Of a stretch of DNA of 64,000 bases, positions 17,320 through 30,679 are shown one piece after another. The DNA is from the human T2T-CHM13v2.0 reference genome, Homo sapiens. The stretch's first letter is position 1. Every line of letters begins with the position of its first letter. Under the pieces are notes generated by a model. The model saw nothing but the letters and a program-made list of their open reading frames with translations, made no database searches and had not been told where the DNA came from. The translations under genes were made by a program, and so were the position numbers. Location of the stretch: the NCBI RefSeq assembly GCF_009914755.1, contig NC_060926.1; one strand, written 5' to 3'.

Positions 17320-17820
17320 AGGGTGGCAATGTGTTCAGCTAAAATGATTTATTTCTCAGCCTACCTTGCAGATAGGTTTGTTCATATGACTAAGTTTTTA
17401 AAAATTGTCTAATTTACTTTTTGCAATTAAAAGTCATTGCAAAAACCACAATTACTTCTGCACCAACCTAATATATGTATTGAATTTGTTGGGAGGGATT
17501 TCTGTGAACACTCTTTAATAGGATACAAAGAGCTAGGCTCCCATTTACATTTCCCATTTTCCTTTTGCTGCTTTCTAACTGAGAAATTGTCATGATTATC
17601 AGAACTCTAGAAAGTTGCTCATTAGGCAATCTTGAATACAGAAGTGGTAAAGACTGAGAAGGACAAAAGAAGCCTGGTTTTCTGATAACTATGAAGCTAT
17701 CATTTTACGCATGTGTTATTTGTCTCATATTCTTTTAAATCATTACATGAAGAACATGTAGGTTCTAGCATTCATCTAGCAGGTTCTCTGTTACTAGTTG
17801 TCAAACAAAATTACTAACTG
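17320..17820 (+). mobile_element. Old MLT1 MaLR LTR (degenerate)
   Basis: atttctcagcctaccttgcagatagg...catatgactaagtt...agaagcctgg...ggttctctgttact. Confidence 0.55.
17418..17472. mobile_element. MADE1 (Hsmar1 MITE) partial copy
   Basis: tttttgcaattaaaagtcattgcaaaaaccacaattacttctgcaccaacctaata carries one mariner TIR ending at TA. Confidence 0.8.
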
Positions 17821-17998
17821 AAGAAATATATCAAAATTAATTTTAACTGAGATTGAATTGATCACATGAGAAAATGATAAGGGTCTTAATTTAGATTGGG
17901 TTATGCAAGAAGCAGTTCCCGAAACAGATATTTGAGTCCCAGAAGTTAATGTGGAAAGTGATTATGTTCAGATTTTTAAAGTTTAAGAATCAATCTGG

Positions 17999-18304
17999 GG
18001 CCAGGCACAGTGGCTCATGCTTATAATCCTATCACTTTAGGAGGCTGAGGCAGGTGGATCACTTGAGCTCAGGAGTTCAAGACCAGCCTGGGCCACAGGG
18101 CAAAAACCCTGTCTCTGCAAAAAATACCAAAAATTAGCTGGGCATGATGATGCACACCTGCAGTACCAGCTACTGAGGAGGCCGAGGTGAGACATTCACC
18201 TGAGCCTGGGAGGTTGAGGACGCAGCGAGCTGTGATCTTGTCACTACACTACAGCCTGGGCAGCAGTGTGAAACCCTGTCTTTAAAAAATAATAATACAA
18301 ATAC
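17999..18304 (+). mobile_element. AluJ
   Basis: Full dimer with J-type cacttgagctcagg and gaggttgagg. Perfect TSD aagaatcaatct (17985-17996, 18305-18316). Confidence 0.95.
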
Positions 18305-18708
18305 AAGAATCAATCTAAGAAATTGTGTAAGTGATAAGGAAGGAAATGGTGTCAAAAGAAGAGCTTTAAATGGCAGCATATTACTGTCAGTAATAGGAGT
18401 TCAACCCTGTTGGGTTTCTCTGAGACACAACATAGAATCTACTACAGAGATTCCCCATCTAAGCCTATAAACCTGGGATATTTATTCAACAACTGGGTTT
18501 ATCATTGTTTAAGGGCTTCTCCTTTGAGCATTCACTACCCAGAACTTACAGCCTTTCCCAGTCATGGACTAAGAAAACTTTTGTGGCTAGAGAATGCTCA
18601 AGAAAAAAATTTTAAGGACTGATATTAGAAAGGCAATGGTATTTAAGTGACAAATGGTTTTGAACATAGAATTAACACTATCTGCTAAAGTCCATTTTTT
18701 CACACTCA

Positions 18709-19015
<307 letters not shown>

Positions 19016-19419
19016 TTATTAGGATACACTTCATTCTGTGCTATAGTCCTTTATCTGGAGGCTATAATTGATATTGATTATCTTTTTTCCCACCCATTTT
19101 AGATTCTCTCAACCAAATAAAGTACTTCTTTTAGTTTATGTTGCTCACTCCATTGAGTAACTTTGAGAGTCATCCCTAAAGTTGTGGTCTCCTGGTCCCT
19201 GTATTTCTGTTAGACCATAATTACTGGAGTTGTACTTTCATAGTCACTAAACATGGAAATACCTGAAAGGTCTGGCAATTCTCCTAAGTCCTAAATATAC
19301 CCTTTCCTGATATCAATAAGCAAAATAACACCCTAAAATTAAAAGCATATAAATATCAGAAATGCAAAATCACCTTATATATTTGTTTCAGAAGAGAAAT
19401 CTTGGAAAATTATTTCCTA

Positions 19420-19835
19420 TTTTATAGCTTTCTTCTAGTAAAAAGTAACCTATTTCATCATAATTTACTATGTTTCTTTGTAGCAACATTTTGTTTAGGC
19501 TTTTACATCAAAATTTATGAGAAAAAATGGGCTATAATTTAAGAAAGGTACTATTATTTCTAATTGTTGATATCAAAGAAGACCTGACCTCATACAAAAT
19601 ATATTGAGAATTGCTGTCACTTTTTCTTTTCTTTGAAAGGATATGTGTAAAATTAGTTTTTTTTACTAAATTATTTGAAAAATATTCCCAGTAAAGCCTT
19701 CTGGACTAAGTGTTTTCTTTTTGAAAAAGTTTTTTATTACAGTTTTAATTTCTTTTTTAGGTATGACTCTTAGTTTTAATTTCTTTCATTAGCATGGTAA
19801 ACCTAATATTTAAGGAATTTGCTTTTTCGTTTACA
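19420..19835 (-). mobile_element. L1M ORF2 fragment
   Basis: tattccagtaaagccttctggactaagtgttttcttt, reverse of L1 ORF2 SPGPDGFT region. Confidence 0.55.
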
Positions 19836-19849
19836 TTTTGAATAATTCT

Positions 19850-19976
19850 TTTTTCTTTTTTTCTTTTTTAAATTTTACTTTAAGTTCTGGGATACATGTG
19901 CAGAACGTGCAGGTTTGTTACATAGGTATACCTGTGCCATGGTGGTTTGCTGCACCTATCAACTCGTCATCTAGGT
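19850..19976 (-). mobile_element. Very short 3' end of L1PA (L1PA8-like)
   Basis: ttttactttaagttctgggatacatgtgcagaacgtgcaggtttgttacatagg. Flanked by ttgaataa on both sides. Confidence 0.9.
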
Positions 19977-21699
19977 TGAATAACCTTTTAATTCAAAAAA
20001 GGAAATTGCTGGAAAATAGATGTGTAATAGATAGGAGAGATTTTTCATTATTTACAGGTTGTGGTGATATTAGTCCGTTTGCCAATGCCACATATAGAAA
20101 ACACTTGCTTGGATTAGAGAAAATATATGCACAAGTAAATAAATTACCTTCCTTCTTTTTTATGAGACTTAAATACATTGACATTTTTGGTTAAATAGAA
20201 AAAAAGTTTCTTAAAGTTGCAAACCTAAAAAAACTCACTTGTTCAGTAGAAATTTACTGATTACATTAGTATGAATTTGATAAGAGTTCTGGCATCTCTT
20301 AAAGCCAAATGACCAATTGAGCTCATTAAAAGGGCAACAATGAATTGATTTCTTGAAGATTTTTTTTATTTCTTAAAATATATAGTCTCAGTCAAAAGAA
20401 TGCAACCATGAAAACTTTGATTACATTTTATAAAGTGTTCAAATTAGCTACCAAGCATCCCAAAACATAAGAAATATGATGGATTTTGTACTATCATGCT
20501 TTATTTTAATTACTTTAACTCAGTGATGAGGTTTTTAAAAAAAAAAAAAAACTAGACTGAATTGAATTACCGATACAAAGGCCAAAACTATGGGGAGTAA
20601 TCTGGATACAATGCATTGATTTAGTTTTATACCAATTAACCTAACAGTTGTTTTCAACTCAGAAGTCAATTGAAGAGCAAATAAATGCCTTCTGAGATCA
20701 TCTGCTTGTCATCACCTTTTAGCATCCTGCAGAAAAACTAGAATGAATCATGGTATAGGTGCATCAGTGGAACAGCTGATACCAGGTAGGGAGAAATGCT
20801 TAGAACAACCTATAGCAACGCAAAAGTGTATGCTGGGGCTACCTTCTTCCCAGAGGACTTTACAGCAGAGAAAGAAAAAAGATTGAAGCTGTGGGAAGCC
20901 CTGCAGATTCAGAGGTTCTTTGATTTCCAACAGTAGAGCCTGATGCTTCAGAGATGATTCTAAAGATCTCAACTTGTAGAGAGATTCTTTTGGTCCTTTT
21001 AAGGTTTTCAAGAACTTTCCTTGGGTCTTGGAAATACAAACTGCAGCAGAAATGTCCTTGTGAATCAAAACTTTGGCAGATGGGGGAGCAAAGACTGTCT
21101 ATGGAGAAATGTTTAATACAATAATAAAAACAAAATAAAATGAGATCTGAGAACCTGTAAAAATAAATCAGATCATAATGGTGATGTCTCCTCAGAATCT
21201 CTTATTTCTGTGAGTTGTGTTTAGTTTCCTCTAGCTACCAGGTCTAATATCAGAAAAGACTTCACCACTTTTCTTTCAATATGACTTGCTTTTGGTTACA
21301 CATTGAAAGAATTAATAAGAATTATTTAATTGAGACTTGCTATTTCCCAAAGCCAAACTTGTGAATGTGGTGTTCTGTTGGATCAAAAATTATTCATATT
21401 CTTTACTTCTGTTTGCATAATTGGTTTGTTTTCTTGCCCATGTTTGTTAAACATAAAGTTTTCTGTCCTCTTGTCTTCTGCAGACATAGAAGCAAAGGAG
21501 GCATATCCACTCTGTTGTAGACTTAAAGCCCATGCAGAGGCAAGTCATCCGGGAACCCTCTTTGTAACAGAGCTGTGAGGAGAGAGGCTTCAGAGTGAGC
21601 TCTAGAGGATGGCATTTCTTTCAGGAGACTCCTCCACAAACGAAAATTCCCTAGGGTTCCAACCAACCATCCTCTTGCAAGACAATTTTACTTACATTT

Positions 21700-22141
21700 T
21701 CCCTTTCCTTCTCTTCCCTTCCCTTCCCTTCCCTTCCCTCCCCTCCCCTCCCCTTCCCTCCCTTTCCCTCCCTTTCCCTCCCTTCCCCTCCCCTTTCTGT
21801 CTTTCTCTCTTTCTTTCTCTTCTTCTTTTTTTTTTTGTTTTTTTTTTTTTTTGTTTTTTTGAGATGGAGTCTTGCTCTGTTGCCCAGGGCGGAGTGCAGT
21901 GGCACAATCTCAGCTCACTGCAACCTCCACCCACTGGGTTCAGGTAATTTTTGTGTCTCAGCCTCCCGAGTAGCTGGGATTACAGGCATGCACCAACACG
22001 CATGGCTAATTTTGGTACTTTAGTAGAGACAGGGTTTCTCCAGGCTGGACAGTCTGGTTTTGAACTCCTGACCTCAAGTGATCCACTCGCCTCAGCCTCC
22101 CAAAGTGCTGGGTTTAGAGGCGTGAGCCATTGCACCCGGCC
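21700..22141 (-). mobile_element. AluS with expanded (CCCTT/CCCT)n tail (21700-21860)
   Basis: Alu body 21861-22141. TSD aattttacttacattt (21684-21699) / agttttacttacattt (22142-22157) encloses the low-complexity tract. Confidence 0.95.
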
Positions 22142-22879
22142 AGTTTTACTTACATTTCTAATTTGTGTTTCGACTCTTTGTTTTATTTAAATGCATTTTT
22201 TCCAAAAGTCTGAGTCAAGTGAGTTCTTCCCATTACATTTAGACCTTATGAAATGTGCAGTGTAGTCACTTAGGGGATGTGTACTTCATTTGCTTAGCTC
22301 TGAGCCTATTGGTAAACATCAAAAGGATCAAAGGTCAGAAAATACCATCCTCGTATACTTCTACCAATATTGGTGTTTCCTGAGTTATTGCCATGGAATT
22401 ATTGTATTGTCATCTACTTGTTTCCAAATAACCAACATACTTCTTTTCCCTTTTTCTGATTCATATCTCTGTATGCTAAAAACTCTGGTTATAAGGAAGA
22501 GAGCAACTCTGATCAAAGAAATCAAACTAACATGTTAACTTGTTAAAAATTCATATCATTAAGATGAAGTAATCTTTATGCTGGAAAGAAGATTGGTGTT
22601 ATAATAAAACTCATTTTTAAAATTTACATTCATGTTTGGACCAAAATTGTATTGAGGGGAACCACAAAACCTGAGTACTTGATACATAGGTAGCTACAGC
22701 CATTGTTAGATCTTAACATCCTATTCACACAAATAATATGAAAGGCATGAGTGCTTTAAAGAAAGTCAAACCAAACAGCCTCATTGTAGATAATAACATA
22801 ACATTTCACTCTTTACACATTTTTCTGATCTTAGTGTAATACTGCACTTTGCCTTGTATGATAGTTATTTGCATACATG

Positions 22880-23430
22880 CTGTGAATAATTTTTGGAAGC
22901 CTACCCAGCCTCAGTACTGGTCTTTCTTTCCTATATCCTAATATCATCCAGATGTCCTTTAGGGATCCACTCCTCCCTCTTTGTGTAGCATTCACTAGAT
23001 TATTCTCATTTACACATTCTGGCAGGAAACCAGATTAGTTTAAAGGAAGTGGTGTAATTCCACCTCATCTGCCATAGTGTTTGACTTAATCATGGGCATG
23101 GGACCTAAAGTCAGTTTGGGGATAAATACTACATATGTTTATCTGGATGTGGATGGTGAAGCACATAGCCCTTGGAGTTGTCAGCAGCAATCATGTGACT
23201 GGGAAAAAGAAACCATAGGATGAGGCTGACTTTGTGGGAAGCAGATTGGAGAAATGGGGGGAAAAGTAAAAACATAACCCACCTCCTTACTGACATCACT
23301 GAGTCACTGGATCAAATCACCCTGAAGCCTACTCTACCTTTGGACTTTATAATGGAAAATAGTCAATATATTTAAACCAGGGTGAGTCTGAGTGTTCAGT
23401 TATTAACACTATTACATGTACTAATATATA
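22880..23430 (+). mobile_element. Old MLT1 (J/K-like) LTR
   Basis: gggatccactcctccc...catgggcatgggacctaa...gagtcactggatcaa...cctttggactt...tttaaaccagggtgagtctg. Confidence 0.6.
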
Positions 23431-23569
23431 CAGAATGTAAATTTAAATTTTCTGAGAACAGTCTGTGAGTTCTTCTTTTTGTAACTATCCTACATTGGCT
23501 TTCATGAGACCTTTCAAATATTGGTACTTGGTACTTTGAAGTGCTTTGTGGACTTCTGACCAAGAGTAT

Positions 23570-24320
23570 TAACAGTGTTATCTACACTCCAACATGAAAC
23601 AACTTTCTGTCCAACTGAATGGACAGAAAGCATGCAACAATGGTCCTTAAGACATTGGACATCAGGCAACAAAAGATGAAACTTCAGACTTGGTGATACT
23701 GTTTGGATATTTGTCCCCTACAAATCTCATGTTGAAATATGATTCCCAGTGTTGGAGGTGGGGCCTGGCGGGAGGTGATTGGCTCATGGGGGCAGATTTC
23801 TCATCAATGGCTTAGCACCATCCCATTGGCGATAAGTGAGTTCTCGTTGTTAGTTCATGTGGGATCTGGTTGTTTAAAGGAGTCTGGGACCTCGTGTTAT
23901 ATGAGGTGCTTGCCCTGCTTTCACCTTCCACAATGAATATAAGCTTTCTGAGGCCCCCACCAGAGGCAAATGCCAGCACCATGCTTCCAGTACAGCCTCC
24001 AGAACTGTGAGCCAATTAAACCTCATTTCTTTCTAAATTACCCAGCCTCAGGTATTTCTTTTAGTGAAAAATAAACAAACAAACAAAAAACTAATACAGA
24101 TGGGAAACAAATGAGGTGGGCCCTATGAATGTTCCATCTCACTGCCTAGAGAGAGTACAGGGTATTGGCAACTAGGTTGTGCCCTATGGTCCCCCTGAGT
24201 TGAAACAGAACTGGAAGTTTTGGGGTGCCAAGGCATCTCAGATTCATAGTGCAGAGGACCATAAAAGAGACAGTTGCATAGAGAGAGGACTTCAGAGATC
24301 AGCAGAGGGACCTCCTATTT
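23570..24320 (+). mobile_element. Ancient L1M 5' region fragment interrupted by an MST LTR
   Basis: aagacattggacatcaggcaaca...[MST]...gatgggaaacaaatgaggtgggccctatga. Confidence 0.5.
23694..24098 (+). mobile_element. MSTA/MSTB MaLR solo LTR
   Basis: tgatactgtttggatatttgtcccc...aattacccagcctcaggtatttc...ctaataca. Confidence 0.9.
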
Positions 24321-24559
24321 ACAGGTAGCTGAGATCTTCCCCATCAATGTGGTATAATGAAAGGTAATCAGGCTTTGTCATCAGACAGATGTCAGCTAAA
24401 AGCCTGGATCTATCATTTCTCCTTTGTGATCCTAGTCTGGTTTCCTAGGTGACATGGGACTCATTTTGAAACTCACACATAGTAATTGATCTAGATAGTT
24501 ATGTTCTTTGAAAATTGAATTGTCACAGCAAAGAGTAGAAAATATATGCTTTTAAATAT

Positions 24560-24920
24560 GTGAATGACTTCAAAGGTGGAGTTTTGACTAAATGGAACAC
24601 AAGTCCTAATACAAATAACTAACGTAAGAATCTGATCGTGAGATATTTTTAAGTAAAAAAGGCAAATAGCAAACATTAGAGCTCTTATATACTCTTCACT
24701 TTGGAAAAAAAAAACTTGCCAATACCTAGTAAGTTTAAAGATGTATCTACTTTATGGCTGTGTAATTCTACTCTTAATTACATAAGCCAGATACACTCTT
24801 GCATTTGAGCACCAGCTATGTGAATTGTCATAGACTCATTGTTTGTAAGAATAAAAATAAAAAATAATCTAAATAACCATCAATGGCTGACTAATAAGCA
24901 AAGTAGGGTATGCACAATAT
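24560..24920 (+). mobile_element. L1ME 3' fragment
   Basis: cactttggaaaa...cttgccaatacctagtaag...taattctactctt...taaataaccatcaat. Confidence 0.5.
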
Positions 24921-25146
24921 TTATGTGCTTGAGGCATATATTGAATCCATGTCCATTTCTATTCTTTAACTCTGACTTGAATATACCAAGTATTTATGAT
25001 ATCTAAATGGAAGTAAAATTCTGGCTTTATTCAGAGAACCCAAAGTAAAGAGAACATATAGAGGGTAGTCCTATCCAAGTTTTGACTAGGTAATAATCAG
25101 TATTATTATTTGAGAAATGTTGCCAACTTGGTTCTCGCTTCTCTAA

Positions 25147-25148
<2 letters not shown>

Positions 25149-25198
<50 letters not shown>
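25149..25198. repeat. (GT)25 microsatellite
   Basis: Uninterrupted 50-bp GT run. Confidence 0.98.
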
Positions 25199-25199
<1 letters not shown>

Positions 25200-27043
25200 C
25201 CCAGGCTCAAAAAGCAGAATGGGAACCTAAAGAAAAACAAAGTATATGAATATATGGGATCAAATACAGGATTTACCACAAATTATATATTTCATAATGA
25301 GCAATATTTTTTCCTTCATGAGGCCCTTTGGAGTAGAACTAGGTTATCTCAAAAGTTATGTCCAACTTAAAAATTCTATGATTTGTCATTCTATTAATAC
25401 ATATATTCTTTATTTCTAAATGTTGAAGGTCATGTAATAAAGGGAGTTTTAAAATTTTTAAATGTATGCTTTTCTGAAATAAGAATTTGTTGCAATCAAA
25501 TAAGTATTTTTTTAAATGCTAGGGGACTATTACATTTATTAGCACATATATTGTGTGCAATAAAAAGCAGTGCGTTGACATTCTAGAAGAATAGAGTGAA
25601 TTTTTTTTGAGTTTCTGCCCAGCACTGTGGTTAATCTCACTCACACTTTAAACAAATGTGATATTATGATTTTGTTAATAATTTTATGAGCTCTGCAACT
25701 ACAACTATTATTTTTCTAACTCAGGATATATGCCTTAAGATTCCTGATTAAACTGATACTCTGATACAAGGTCATTGTTTAGTAGGAGTTAAAACTGAAA
25801 CTTGATAATACAGGCTGAACAAAATTTAAGCAGAAATTGACATTTTATGACTTGTGTTATTCATTTATTCATTCAATTCCTAATTCAACAAGTATTTATC
25901 AATCACATACAGCAATGGAGAGATTTAATGTTAAATGAACTCTTACAGCTAATTGTGCATTGGCCTGATTTAATTTTCCTTTAAGAAGAGCATCCTAGAT
26001 TTGGGGAGAACCTTTGAGGATGAGAAGAAGCTCTTACAGAAGTCCTGGCAAGTGATTATGATAATCACTTGATGTGATATGATAAATTATTATGATTAGT
26101 AGTGCATGACTTATTGTAATACTTGTTTATTTTATATATTTTATCTACTCATAACTCTGCTTCCATTAAAATAATTATTACTGTTTGTTTGCCTTCCTCA
26201 GTTAAAAATACATATTGAGAAGAAATAACAGTTGTAAAAAAGTTAAGAATCATAAGCTTAGCAGTGAATAGTTAAGCAATATATGTAGTTGAAAGTACTA
26301 TCATTTATTAAGCCAAACCCAGCTTTCCTTAGAGAAGCTAATAAACATTTATTTTAGTGTGACAACAGGGGTAGTTGCCTTTTAATACTAAAAGTGTCAG
26401 GAGAGGTAACGAATAATTTTTTTAGACTTTCTTGTCAAAGACTAAAGATAAAATATGATGCTATTTTTTGACACGATACAAGTAATGCCAGTTCAAATTA
26501 AATGATCCACCATTGTTCCTAAAATCTGGTGAAAAATGGCTCAATTCCAAATGCATAGCTTTGCTGTGAAATACAGGTGAATAAATCTGGTATATTCCCA
26601 GGAACATTCTTAAAATAACTTACCAAATGCATAAAACAAGAGATAATAAAGTGACTATTAAATATTTGTGACTTTTTTTCCTCTTAAGATTTGTTAAGAT
26701 TGTGCTCTTTACTAGGTGTATTTCACAGCGCAAAGGAGCAAATAGAAAACATATTGCTGATTTAGTAAAAAGTTTCTGAGTATATGATCTAAAATTTAAA
26801 CCATACCATGCAATATTTGGAGTCAAGCCATAAATTCTAAGGCTGGGAGTGAGGAATATTCCTCAGGCAGTTCCTGGGGCATGTTCAGATTTGAAATAAT
26901 GGAATGCATGAATGGAGGCTCAGCAGTACAGAAGATTCACTGAGTTGTTACCTGCATAGAAGAATGGACAGAAACTGGATTACTAACAAGGAAGTGGATT
27001 TTTAATTTACTTTCTTCTCTTGTTCTCTTAAAATGAGTGAACA

Positions 27044-27342
27044 GGCTGGGTGCAGTGGCTCACGCCTGTAATCACAGCACTTTGGGAGGCCGAGGCAGGC
27101 GGATCACCACGTCAGGAGATCGAGACCACCCTGGCCAACATGGTGAAACCCCGTTTCTACTAAAAGTACAAAAATTAGCTGGGTGTGGTGGCACGCGCCT
27201 GTAATCCCAGCTATTCGGGAGGCTGAGGCAGGAGACTGGCTTGAACCTGGGAGGCTGGAGATTGCAGTGAGCCAAGATCACGCCACTGCACTCCAGTCTG
27301 GTGACAGAGCAAGACTCCGTCTAAAAATAAAAAATAATAAAA
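27044..27342 (+). mobile_element. AluS (Sg/Sc-like)
   Basis: Full dimer. TSD aaaatgagtgaaca / aagatgagtgaaca. Confidence 0.95.
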
Positions 27343-27974
27343 AAGATGAGTGAACAATCCTCCATAGCATTTGATACGTTCAATTTCTTTTACCTCCATA
27401 AAGATTCTTATCACACTGAAAAGACAGCAGGATGTTTTGGTATAGCTTATATAAAATACCAGCTCTGAAACAAATGGTTAGTCTAGGTTTATTGCACCAT
27501 GTAGGCGCTAGCTGAGAGGCCTCTAGAGAAACCTGTTCTGAAAAATCACAAAACTAGTGGCTCCACAGGCAACTCTTATCAGCCTGTAACATCAGTGTTA
27601 GACAAAGGAATGTCTGGACAGAAACCAAGAAAAAAACCTTGAGGCATTTTTAGATAAGAAATTTTGAGCCAGAATCCATGCGAATATCTTTGTGGCAAAA
27701 TATATCCATGTATATCCTATTAATAACAACAACAATAAAAATCAGGGGCTGATGTTTTCCTTCTATATCATTTTAACTTTTCTGTAATGCTTTATATGCA
27801 AGAAAAGTAGAATCAATAAAATTACTTTTTTTAAGGCAAGACATGAACTTGCGTAAATTTGCCTTGAGTTTGGAATTGAATGGTTAGAATTTTTCTGAAT
27901 CAAATCAAGAAGCTAAGACTTCAAAGTGAGACTGATGCTCGAGGATACAAAGAAAAATCAATTTCCATGTTCTC

Positions 27975-28200
27975 ATATGCAAAGTGCTTGAAATTCATCA
28001 ATCTCATCCTTATAACAAGAAAAAGCTGGACTAACTGAAAATCAATGGCTTTTTTGGATCTAACAGAAAATTGAGGTTGAGAAGCAAACCATCACATAAA
28101 AGTCTGTAAATGAAGAAGCACTCAGAGGGATACCACAACTGGGGTATGCTTATCAGATGCAGAAACTGCTGGAGGCAAAAACTGGTAGGAACACCTACAT
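27975..28200 (+). mobile_element. L1MC/MD-type 5' fragment
   Basis: catccttataacaagaaaaagctggactaactgaaaatcaat. Confidence 0.5.
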
Positions 28201-28335
28201 GATAATGATCTCATTTAGTTCTCAGAACTATCTTATTTGGTGGATAGTATTATTATCACCATCTCACAGAGGAGGAAATTACAACTTTACCTAAGGTTGT
28301 AATTTTAGGATGTAAAGCCAAATTTGCTGGATTCT

Positions 28336-28485
28336 AGTGGTGTGGCGGTAAATGATTAACAACTGGCTCTGAGGGATGGGCGTATCATAAGGGAGTCTGA
28401 TTTCTAGCATTTTTCCAGTGTGAATACTTCCAACATGGCTTATTGCAAGCTACCAATATGGCGTCACTGAATGCAGTGGGGCACA
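28336..28485. mobile_element. MER63-like hAT DNA transposon fragment
   Basis: agtggtgtggcggtaaatgattaacaactggctct...caagctaccaatatggcgtcactgaa. Confidence 0.65.
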
Positions 28486-30679
28486 CATGTGCTCCATGGA
28501 AGGCAGGACTAGGACAACAATAGCAGGATATCTATTTCAGAGCTTTAAAAGATAAACATTTCTTTGTAATAACTGTCATATTGACAAAGAAAGGCAAAAC
28601 ATAAATTAACACATTTGTCAGTTTTTACACTATTTTTGGAAATTTACAAAACAAACGCCAGGCAGGAAGTTTGCTAACACAGGCTTTAATGAGCAGCTTG
28701 GAAATGGGCCCTGCAGAACTGCTGAAGAAGCATTCCAGAATTCTGACTGTACTAAGAAGCAGTATAACATGAATGGTTCAAAGCATGAACTCTGCACAGA
28801 TTGCTGGAAATGCTATCCCGGCACCTAGTAACTGGGGGAACTTAATACTCAATTCTCTCCATTGCCTTAGATCTTGAGATTTGAGGGTATGAGGCCAAGG
28901 GTAACTCATGACTGCCTGGTGTATAACCAGTTTTTCTTAGTCCTGGTCCACGAGATTTCTCGCCACTAAAATATGCAGCATTAATTTCAGTGCCAATATA
29001 TTAGACAAGCAGGTAATATAAAAATCGAGTTAAATAATACTTTACATATGAAAAAGACTTAACAGTTTACAAAGCAATGACCTGTATATTTTCTATGTGA
29101 TAACTAAATAAATAGCATTCTTTTGAAATAAGGAGGTTGGAGATGGACTAATGTTTATAGGTGAAGGAAAAACATTTCTGAGGTAAGAGGTATTCCAGCT
29201 ATGAATTGAAACTGGATATTCCAGTGCTAATCTCAGCATATTTTCTAGTAGGAGATTGAAGCCAAATTTAATGGGAAAAAAAAAGTCAGGGATGACAGGG
29301 ATGGAGCACACTGGTGAAATTCATTTAAGATTCAGTCACATTTTAATTAAAGAATAAAAACTTCTCATTGCCTTTCTTCAGATTTTACATATGGCTGTAT
29401 TTCCTCTCTTGAAGGACAGCTCTTTCCAAGTATGAAGGACCCAAGCCTCATTTACTAAACAAAAATTCCATGCCATTAAAAAAGTAAATTTTCTAGAGTA
29501 AGACAAAATCAATCAACTGTTAAAGACTAAAAAAAGCCGTTTCATAATTTGTCCATTTGTTTTTGTTAGTAGAACACGAATGCCACAGAAATAGTAACAT
29601 ATTATCCAATTTGGTTTAATTTGAGTTAGTATTAGACCAGCTGGTAGGAAACATGTCATGGAGTAGAGCAGAAAATGATTAATTGCCATTGAGAGGCACC
29701 AATTGTAAGTTTTTTAAGAGTTCAGATAAGAAAACGATCTTTTCAGACTGTGGTGGTCAGGGAAGGCTTTATCTCAGGTACACATGGCAACTGATTGTCA
29801 GCCAACACTAGCAATATGTCCCAGTGAGAGGAAACCGATAGAATTACCATAGAGATTGGTTTTATTTAACGTTAAGCCTCTGGGCCTGAAATGTTTAAAT
29901 AGGATGCAGGGGATATTTGGGGGTATTTATCAATTTTAGTACAAGTTGAAAGAAAGTGAAAATGTTACTGAAAGATTTTTTTTGAGTAGCCTAAGAAATT
30001 TTAAAATGTAATTTAGCACAGATAAATGGAAGCTTGTTCACCTGGAGACAAAAACATTTTGGAATCTTGCATGTTACACTAAAATTAATATATTTTAGTA
30101 TTAGGCACAACACAAGATTACTAAGTGTAGTTAGCTGATTAAAAACAATGTTTTGGTATTGAAGCATTCTGTGAGAAGTATGTTACTAGAAATAAAACTG
30201 CATTGGTGATTCTTAAACTGCACACCTTTGAGTCTGAGAGATGAGCTCTTACTTTAGAAAAATGATGGTTAAACGTATGCATTTTTCATTCATTGTTGGG
30301 GTTCCTTGTGCCCCTTAAGCCCACACAACTATTTAGGCTATTTAGGCTTAAAAGCCTAGCTTTATACAAAAATTTATAACATATTTAGATACAAAATTTT
30401 AATTTAAATATAAAATTTTAATATAAAATGTATTATTAGGCTTTAAGCCAATTACCCAGTATTACAAGTTGTATTTTCACCCATGGGTGTCTCCAATCTG
30501 AAGTCTTACCCCACAAAAGTGGGGATACGATAAGATGCTGGACCCTATGTTCACCTTTTTATTGTATAGGGCCTTATTGTTGTGTAATTTGCATAATTTA
30601 ATTAAAGTTAGAAAGGGGGAAATGCTGGCCAGGTAAAACCAGCAGACACCCTTGAACACACTTTATAGTGGCCAAAATT

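Noticed and set aside
20748-21068. 106-aa minus-strand ORF or processed pseudogene before an A-rich stretch
   Set aside because: No recognisable protein in the frames I read, non-ATG start, no TSD; probably chance or an unrecognised old repeat.
21609-21947. Pro/Phe-rich and Gly/Arg/Glu-rich ORFs
   Set aside because: Translations of the low-complexity Alu tail.
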